Shown: in pieces, positions 1 to 5,573 of the stretch | Position numbering within the stretch: position 1 is the stretch's first letter | Layout of the letters: every line of letters starts with the position of its first letter | Origin: a virus | Taxonomy: Duplodnaviria; Caudoviricetes | IMG/VR virus record: IMGVR_UViG_3300017777_003696 | Span: 1-37,918 of that record | DNA length: 37,918 bases | Direction: 5' to 3' (one strand) | Translations under genes and position numbers: made by a program | Notes under the pieces: generated by a model | The model's database searches: none | Told to the model about the DNA's origin: nothing | Seen by the model: only the letters and a program-made list of their open reading frames with translations

Positions 1-34
1 GGCGGCAGCCCTGGCGGCAGCCCTGGCGGCAGCC
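1..34. repeat. Left copy of 34-nt terminal overlap, built from a 12-nt tandem unit (GGCGGCAGCCCT)
   Basis: GGCGGCAGCCCTGGCGGCAGCCCTGGCGGCAGCC is identical to 37885-37918. Confidence 0.97.
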
Positions 35-378
35 AACTCGTCGCGCGTCGCTTCGCCTACGGCGAAGGCTCGCGCGACTCGTATGCTCTCCCGAGGACGC
101 TTGTCCTCGGGGAATTCCTTTTCATAGATGTGAAGGACGGATTCGGCACAGTCGCACGCGAAGAGACGCGCCAGGCGGTCGCGATCTGCTTCCTGTTCCG
201 GCATTACGCCACGAAGCGCCCAAAGAGCATCGTCGATGCCGTTGCTTTCGAGAATGACGCCGAAATCAATCGGCTTGTCGGTGGGGAATCTGCTCCCGAG
301 GGTGCGGAGCAATTTGGACCAGCCTTCAGTGCAAGGCTGATGTTTGCGGAGGATGGCGAGGGTAATCGTGAGCTTCAT
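1..378 (-). CDS. 5' part of Imm5-like/Ala-repeat phage protein spanning the contig junction (not in ORF track)
   Basis: Hand translation from ATG at 378: MKLTITLAILRKHQPCTEGWSKLL...LESNGIDDALWAL...RLFACDCAESVLHIYEKEFPEDKRPRESIRVARAFAVGEATRDELAAARAAARAAA. The frame is open to base 1. The A-x-x-C-A-E-x-V-L and P-x-D-x-R-P-R motifs are typical of Imm5-like phage proteins. Confidence 0.85.
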   Translation of the reverse strand, partial: MKLTITLAILRKHQPCTEGWSKLLRTLGSRFPTDKPIDFGVILESNGIDDALWALRGVMPEQEADRDRLARLFACDCAESVLHIYEKEFPEDKRPRESIRVARAFAVGEATRDELAAARAAARAAA

Positions 379-387
379 GGATCGAAT

Positions 388-750
388 TCAGTCGTGGATG
401 TTGGGGCGAACTGCGGCGGGAGAAATGACGCGGCCATCGGCACGATCCTGAAGGCTGATCACACGCTGCTGACTGCGGGCGATGTCCTGGGCCAGCTCGA
501 AGAACGAGACGCCACCGGACGGATCGCGCGGCATCGGCGCCGGCTCCGGGTTCCAAAGCAAATCCGCCGACTGGGCGAGTTCGCACGCGCGGGCGTAGTC
601 TTCGCCGCGAATCATGAAGTCGATAGTGCGCGTCTTTTCGCCGTCACCGGCAAATTCGAACGGGATGCGCGCCTGAACGATAGCGGCGGCTAATGCGGTG
701 GCCTGGCGCTCTGTGAAACAGAGAATTGGACGGCAGTATGGCAGAGGCAT
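388..750 (-). CDS. Hypothetical protein, first gene of the leftward (early) operon
   Basis: In-frame ATG at 750 (MPLPYCRP...) of track ORF 388..936. The longer start runs through the AT-rich promoter region. The ORF ends 10 nt before the next ATG. Confidence 0.65.
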   Translation of the reverse strand: MPLPYCRPILCFTERQATALAAAIVQARIPFEFAGDGEKTRTIDFMIRGEDYARACELAQSADLLWNPEPAPMPRDPSGGVSFFELAQDIARSQQRVISLQDRADGRVISPAAVRPNIHD

Positions 751-820
751 AATCGTGATCCTGGGCGTTAGAGCTTCCACGGATGGCGTCAGTGGAGCGG
801 CCCGGAGAATTCCGGACCGC
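751..820 (-). promoter_or_regulatory. Structured 5' leader of the early operon (two hairpins)
   Basis: On the minus strand: GCGGTCCGGA-ATTC-TCCGGGCCGC (820-797), then GCTCCAC-TGACGCCATCC-GTGGAAGC (798-773), then CACGATT directly before the ATG. Confidence 0.55.
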
Positions 821-926
821 GCGAATACATACGGACATAATTTTCCCGAACACGAGAAAAATCTGTCAGTGGGTATCAGCGTGTCACTGGTAAGATTGTC
901 ATTGAAATATGTCCGTAGGCATACAC
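821..926. promoter_or_regulatory. AT-rich divergent promoter region bracketed by a 10-bp inverted repeat (operator-like)
   Basis: TACGGACATA at 830-839 and TATGTCCGTA at 908-917. TTGTCA/TTGAAA -35-like hexamers at 896-907. Lies between the divergent arms. Confidence 0.6.
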
Positions 927-965
927 GTTCCATCACGTCAGGTCTGCACGTCCCGAGTTATTCAG

Positions 966-1006
966 ATGCCCGTCGATCCTTCACCGGACGGCGGGCGTTC
1001 TGTTTT
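966..1006 (+). terminator. Intrinsic terminator ending a short rightward transcript
   Basis: ATGCCCGTCG (966-975) pairs with CGGCGGGCGT (989-998) with two G-U pairs, plus inner TCC/GGA. Followed by TCTGTTTT. Confidence 0.7.
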
Positions 1007-1011
1007 CGGAG

Positions 1012-1041
1012 TTGACGGACGCACGCATGAAGGTGCATCAC
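1012..1041 (+). promoter_or_regulatory. Putative rightward (late) promoter
   Basis: TTGACG at 1012-1017 directly after the terminator, with GTGCATCAC at the -10 position. Same layout as the candidate promoter at 11787. Confidence 0.45.
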
Positions 1042-1560
1042 GGCGGCACGAAATAATAACTCGTGACGCTCGCCAGGTGTCCGATACGACTGGCAACCCT
1101 CACCCGAACCTTGAAACCGCATAGCGGCGGGAACGGTGAGAAACTACGGTGCGCGGCCTGACTCACGAAAGGCGGACGCATCGTTCGGACCATGAGGAGG
1201 CTGGGGCGAGGAAGCTGGACCTTTCCCGCCTGGACGCTCGCGTGGCCCGACCGATGCGCCTGCTACCAGCCGCGCTTAAATCCTGTCACGTCAGAACGAC
1301 GTTGAGGACGTAGCACTGTGCCGGCTCACGCTGGGCACGCTTCCGAATTGGGACAATGCCGGGAAGCAATGTGCTGCGGTATGTCATACGCGAAGGGCTC
1401 ACGCTCAAGCAGTGGACTCCACTCCCTCACCTGGCAACGGGTGAGGTGTCTCCGCTCCGGGTCTTCGCTAAGCAGTGATCTCCTTCGGATCAGATAGGTA
1501 AGAGAAAGCGGAACTGAACCCATCGGGATAAATCCGAAGCTTGCCATCCGATGGACTCGG
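1042..1560 (+). ncRNA. Candidate large structured non-coding RNA or late-operon leader, family not recognised
   Basis: Nearly continuous nested stems by eye: 1042-1070; 1099-1104/1135-1140; rod 1151-1275; 1281-1308; 1309-1316/1371-1378 three-way junction; 1390-1400/1459-1468; 1425-1446 with GCAA tetraloop; 1520-1526/1548-1554. No convincing ORF. Confidence 0.55.
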
Positions 1561-1576
1561 TAAGAAAAGGATGTCC

Positions 1577-2272
1577 ATGAGTTTGATCAAAGGAATGGCG
1601 GCATGGCTTCAGCATTGGAGCACGGACGAAACTGGCACGCTGTTGGCGACGGGGGGAACCAATCCGTTGCCAGTCTCACAAATGGGAGCTGCGACGCTTC
1701 CGACAGGCGCGGCAACGGCGGCGAAACAGCCGGCACTCGGCACGGCGGGAACGCCTTCGGCTGATGTGATCAGCATTCAGGGCTTCGGCTACTCGCCGAA
1801 CCTTGCCTTCACGCGGGTGGCGGACACGAACGCCTACGCGGCTGGCGATGTCATCGGCATCAATGCGGCTGGCTCGCCAGGAAGCGCGATCCACACGCTA
1901 CTGACCGCTGGGCCGTCCGCTGGCGAGATCCTGATCGAAGCGGCGTCGCTGCGCATCGATCTGGCCGCTGTGCCGGCGAACATGACCAGCTTCCGGCTGC
2001 ATCTGTTCGATGCGGCGCCGGATGCGGTCCTGGACAATGCGGCTTTCGATTTGGCGTCCGCTGGTGATCGCGGGAAATATCTCGGGTTCATCGATCTGGG
2101 CGCACCGTTGGATCTCGGTTCCACGTTGCTTGCCCAGGTGGACAACGTGAACAAGCGCGTGAAGCTGGCCGCTGCCTCCACGTCGCTCTATGGCGTGCTT
2201 CAGACGAATGGCGGATACACGCCGACAAGCGCGGAGTCGTTCAAGCTGCAACTGCGCACGCGGGCCGTCTGA
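1577..2272 (+). CDS. Hypothetical virion-associated protein (beta-rich, possible decoration/fibre)
   Basis: AAGGA precedes the ATG at 1577. Ala/Gly/Thr-rich, with an R-x-A-D-T-x-A-Y-A-A-G-D-V motif I associate with phage structural proteins. Confidence 0.7.
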   Translation: MSLIKGMAAWLQHWSTDETGTLLATGGTNPLPVSQMGAATLPTGAATAAKQPALGTAGTPSADVISIQGFGYSPNLAFTRVADTNAYAAGDVIGINAAGSPGSAIHTLLTAGPSAGEILIEAASLRIDLAAVPANMTSFRLHLFDAAPDAVLDNAAFDLASAGDRGKYLGFIDLGAPLDLGSTLLAQVDNVNKRVKLAAASTSLYGVLQTNGGYTPTSAESFKLQLRTRAV

Positions 2273-2275
2273 GCC

Positions 2276-2929
2276 ATGCGCACGCTGCCTCCCCAGGCGC
2301 TGGATCCGTTCAAGTTGCCGCACCTGGCGTTCGCCTTCGACTCACGCAATCCGTGTGGACTGGTGGCGGACGCGTCGGGGAATGTCTCGCGATGGCTGGA
2401 CCGTTCCGGCCGCAATCGCGATTTGACGGGCGCCGGGGCGGCAATGCCGGTGTTCACGCCGGGCAACGGTCTGCTGTTCAATGGCGTCGCGAACAGCCTG
2501 GTGTCGGCGGCGGTGACGCGCACCCAGCCGGTGACGATGTATTTGGTTTTGCTGCAAGTGGCGGGAAACACGTCTGTCACGGGTGGCGCGTCGAACAACA
2601 CGCTGCGGATGCTTCAGCTCAACCTTCAGCTTTCGAACGGTGGCGGTGCGGCTTGCACGAATTCCGCGCTTGCGGCTGGAACGTTCGGTGTCGTGGCGGC
2701 TGTCCACAATGGCGCATCGAGTTCGATCAAGGTGAACCGTGGCGCACCTGTCACCGGCAACCCTGGCACGAATGGCGGCACAGTGCTGACGCTGGGACAG
2801 CGCGGCGACGGCGCTGGCTTCTGCAACTGCCGTGTGAAGGCGTTGCTCGAATTCACGGTGGCGCACGACGAAGCAACTCAGGCCCGCATCGTGGCCGCTC
2901 TGATCCGGCGCTATGGCATCGTGGAATGA
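2276..2929 (+). CDS. Putative LamG/concanavalin-like beta-sandwich virion protein
   Basis: V-S-R-W-L-D-R-S-G-R-N-R-D-L N-terminal motif, LLFNG, and C-terminal L-x-x-R-Y-G-I, as in phage LamG-like domains. Tightly coupled to the upstream gene. Confidence 0.7.
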   Translation: MRTLPPQALDPFKLPHLAFAFDSRNPCGLVADASGNVSRWLDRSGRNRDLTGAGAAMPVFTPGNGLLFNGVANSLVSAAVTRTQPVTMYLVLLQVAGNTSVTGGASNNTLRMLQLNLQLSNGGGAACTNSALAAGTFGVVAAVHNGASSSIKVNRGAPVTGNPGTNGGTVLTLGQRGDGAGFCNCRVKALLEFTVAHDEATQARIVAALIRRYGIVE

Positions 2930-2935
2930 ATTCGC

Positions 2936-3268
2936 ATGATCGAATTCACAAAGGAGAATCGCCGCGAGACGTGGTGTTCCTGGCACGATGACATGAGCCT
3001 GAACCGGCGCCAGGCGATGACGCTGGCGGCGGATGCGAACGCGACGAAGAACAAGCTGCTTCGGGAAGCGGTGGAAGCGCACCTGGGCCGGCTTCCTACG
3101 GACAAGGCGATTCATGAGCTGGTGACGGAACGCCGGGAGCCGGGCAGTGCGGTGATCTGGGTGTGCTGGGCGGACACGGCCATTGCCATCCGAACGGATT
3201 GCACGGCGAAGGTGAAGGATCGGCGCTACCTGCTGACGTGGTTCTGGAAAACGCTGCCAAAACGATGA
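2936..3268 (+). CDS. Hypothetical protein
   Basis: Fills the gap between neighbours, with an ATGA overlap to the next gene. Confidence 0.7.
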   Translation: MIEFTKENRRETWCSWHDDMSLNRRQAMTLAADANATKNKLLREAVEAHLGRLPTDKAIHELVTERREPGSAVIWVCWADTAIAIRTDCTAKVKDRRYLLTWFWKTLPKR

Positions 3269-3939
3269 AGCCAACACGCGAGCGGGCCCAGACGAACACG
3301 GCGGGAGTAGTGTCGAAGGACAGGAATTCGAGCGGGCCACGGCCGGATGTGTCCACGTCAGGCGGGTCGAGTCCTGGCGAGCTGGCAACGACGGACGGCT
3401 GGGTGCCAGTGGGCGGAATCGTGATGTATTCGGGCGCGTTCGCCGACATCCCGGACACCTGGCATCTGTGCGATGGCACGGACAGCACGCCAGACCTGAC
3501 GGATCGCTTCATCCTCGGGACGAACACGGAAGGCGAGCTGGGCGACGTAGGCGGTGCGAAGAAGCATCGGCACAATCTTATCGCGGCGGACACGCCGGCC
3601 GGCACGGCGACGGTGGTAGCCATCACGGCGGGCACGCCAGCGGGCACGCTGGATTCGGTGAGTGCGGGCACGCCAGCGGGCACAATCGACGCGCACACGA
3701 CAACGGCGGCACTTCTTTCGGGCCTTGGGACGACGCTCCTCACGGGCCCCGGGACGCATTCCTTCACGGGCACGGCACTCGCCGGCCACACGCACACGTT
3801 CACGGGCACGGCACTGGCAACGCACACGCATCTTCTCGCCGGCAAGACAGCCCTGGGTGAGAGCGAAGCAGGCGCCTACGGCGCGAACGACACGCTTCCG
3901 CCGTTCTACAAGCTGGCGTTCATTCAGCGCATCCGGTGA
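3265..3939 (+). CDS. Tail-collar-domain fibre protein with HxH repeats
   Basis: VPVGGIVMYSG...IPDTWHLCDGTDSTPDLTDRFILG (tail collar signature), HRH/HTH motifs, and C-terminal LPPFYKLAFIQR. ATG at 3265 overlaps the upstream stop. Confidence 0.85.
   Translation: MKPTRERAQTNTAGVVSKDRNSSGPRPDVSTSGGSSPGELATTDGWVPVGGIVMYSGAFADIPDTWHLCDGTDSTPDLTDRFILGTNTEGELGDVGGAKKHRHNLIAADTPAGTATVVAITAGTPAGTLDSVSAGTPAGTIDAHTTTAALLSGLGTTLLTGPGTHSFTGTALAGHTHTFTGTALATHTHLLAGKTALGESEAGAYGANDTLPPFYKLAFIQRIR
3628..3815 (+). repeat. Intragenic direct repeats in the collar-fibre gene
   Basis: 20-mer GCGGGCACGCCAGCGGGCAC at 3628-3647 and 3664-3683. 17-mer TTCACGGGCACGGCACT at 3763-3779 and 3799-3815. Confidence 0.9.
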
Positions 3940-4478
3940 CGACGGTTCGCAAACGTGGCCGCGAGGACAAGCTGACGCCTGGACAAGCCCGTTACGTCCA
4001 GTTCCGGCTTGCTGGCGACAAACGGCAAGCGGCCTACGCGAAGGCGTTCCCAGGTGCCTCGAAGTCGGCACTGGCGTGCAAGCCGTATATGCTCGAACGC
4101 AACCCGCGCGTGATCGCGGCCATGAAGGCGGCGAATGCTGGCGATGCGCAACGGTTGGCGAAGCTGACGCGCTCGGGTGACACGGTGGCGGTGATCGCGG
4201 CCGGCGCCGTCGCGCGTGAAGTGCTCGAAGTGGGCATGACGCGAGCGGAGAAGCGGCGCGTGCTGAAGCGGCTGGCGATGAATCCGAAGCTGCCGGCCAT
4301 CGATCGCATCCGTGCAATCCAGGTGGACAACCTGATGACGGGGGACAACAAGCCGGTGCGGTTCGAGGGTGAGATCACGCTTCACGGCATCTTCCAAGCC
4401 TTGGGTTCAACGACGGGACTGCCTGATCCGAACGAGGTGTTCGAGCTGGCGCCGGGCGACGCTGTTCTTCCTCCATGA
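3936..4478 (+). CDS. terS: Terminase small subunit (putative)
   Basis: KLTPGQARYVQ...QAAYAKAFP...ML..NPRV is the helix-turn-helix-type N terminus of TerS proteins. DRIRAI motif. Lies upstream of terL. Confidence 0.7.
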   Translation: MTTVRKRGREDKLTPGQARYVQFRLAGDKRQAAYAKAFPGASKSALACKPYMLERNPRVIAAMKAANAGDAQRLAKLTRSGDTVAVIAAGAVAREVLEVGMTRAEKRRVLKRLAMNPKLPAIDRIRAIQVDNLMTGDNKPVRFEGEITLHGIFQALGSTTGLPDPNEVFELAPGDAVLPP

Positions 4479-4792
4479 AACCACATCCTCACTCGCCCAA
4501 CTGGACACGCTGGCTCGGACACCTGATCGGCAAGCCGGCCCGTGGCTTGGAGATTGGAACGTGGAAGGGTGAGAGCGCCGAATGGATGCTGGACAACGTG
4601 TTCACGCATCCGGATTCGTCTTACACCTGCATTGATCACTTTCGCGGGTCGGTGGAACATCATATCGGCGGACACGATTGCTCGGCGCTCGAACGTGATG
4701 CACGGGCCCGGGGGAACTTCGATTCTGGGCTGAAGCACGCCCAGGACAAACGCGCGTCCATCGTGCCACGGCTCGAACAGGTGATTCCATGA
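4475..4792 (+). pseudogene. Truncated class I SAM-dependent methyltransferase (Methyltransf_24-like), probably a deletion fusion
   Basis: GLEIGTWKGESA (motif I) and TCIDHF (motif II) are present. The ORF ends at 105 aa without the later D-x-I-Y-I-D-G-x-H strand. No continuation is possible in other frames before the next gene at 4789. Confidence 0.6.
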
Positions 4793-5388
4793 AGATTGCC
4801 GTCCTGGCCTGTGGGCCGTCCTTGGTGAAGCACTACGACACGCGCGAGGCGTTCGACCTGGTGATCGCCGTGAACAGTGCCGGGCATCTCTATTCGTGCG
4901 ACTGGCTCGCGTTCTCGGATCGTCACATCATCGATCCCGTGGTGGCCGGGGAATACAGTTGGCCGCGTGTCGGACTGCTCACGAATACGGGCTGGAAGAG
5001 CGCAGCAAACGCGCTGGGCCTACGTTTCGAGCCGTTGCCGATCTACGACTACCGGCTGAAAAACCTGACGCCAGCGATGGCCGGCCTGTGCATCGAGCAA
5101 GGAATGACGGAATGCGGGTTCACGTTTCCGAACGCGCTCTTCTTCGCCGGCACGAAGAAGCCGGACGAGTTGCATGTGTTCGGCTTCGACTGCGCGATGA
5201 CGGAAGAGGACGTGGCTGGCGTGAAGGGCTATCACACGCGCAAACGCTGGACGACTGAACTGCCGTGGATTCGTGAAGTGCTGAAACCAATCGAGCGCGT
5301 CGTTCTGCGCTGTGATGCGTCGGACAAGGTGAAGCGTTGGGTGCTTGGCAAGTCGAACGCGGACGTGAATTCACTCTTCCCGAAATGA
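4789..5388 (+). CDS. GT42/Maf(DUF115)-like Rossmann-fold glycosyltransferase-like protein
   Basis: AVLACGPSL, VIAVN, WLAFSD and LHVFGFD...YH motifs follow the order seen in CstII sialyltransferase/Maf-type proteins. Confidence 0.6.
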   Translation: MKIAVLACGPSLVKHYDTREAFDLVIAVNSAGHLYSCDWLAFSDRHIIDPVVAGEYSWPRVGLLTNTGWKSAANALGLRFEPLPIYDYRLKNLTPAMAGLCIEQGMTECGFTFPNALFFAGTKKPDELHVFGFDCAMTEEDVAGVKGYHTRKRWTTELPWIREVLKPIERVVLRCDASDKVKRWVLGKSNADVNSLFPK

Positions 5389-5573
5389 AATGCCCAGTGT
5401 GCGACAAACGGATTGAGCCGAAGCATTCTTACCTTTGCGTGAAGTGCTTCTGGGAAACGCCGGCTTCGCTTCGGATGAAGCTGGGCCATCTGCATCGGAT
5501 GAAACAGCCGGTGGACGCGCTGGTGGCGAAGATCGTCCGCACACTGCGCCCAGCGTCAGACCCAAATCCATGA
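5385..5573 (+). CDS. Small zinc-finger protein
   Basis: MKCPVC...LCVKCF. ATGA overlaps on both sides. Confidence 0.7.
   Translation: MKCPVCDKRIEPKHSYLCVKCFWETPASLRMKLGHLHRMKQPVDALVAKIVRTLRPASDPNP

Noticed and set aside
933-1294. TCACGTCAG repeated at 933-941 and 1286-1294
   Set aside because: The same 9-mer also occurs inside coding regions (about 5888 and 21829), so it is not specific.
909-1547. Track ORFs 909..1124 (+) and 1326..1547 (-) as real genes
   Set aside because: No RBS and atypical composition. They cross a terminator, a promoter candidate and RNA stems.
1149-1560. Group II intron suggested by GTGCG at 1149
   Set aside because: No domain V (AGC/CGC triad hairpin) or domain VI pattern found, and no interrupted gene or RT ORF.
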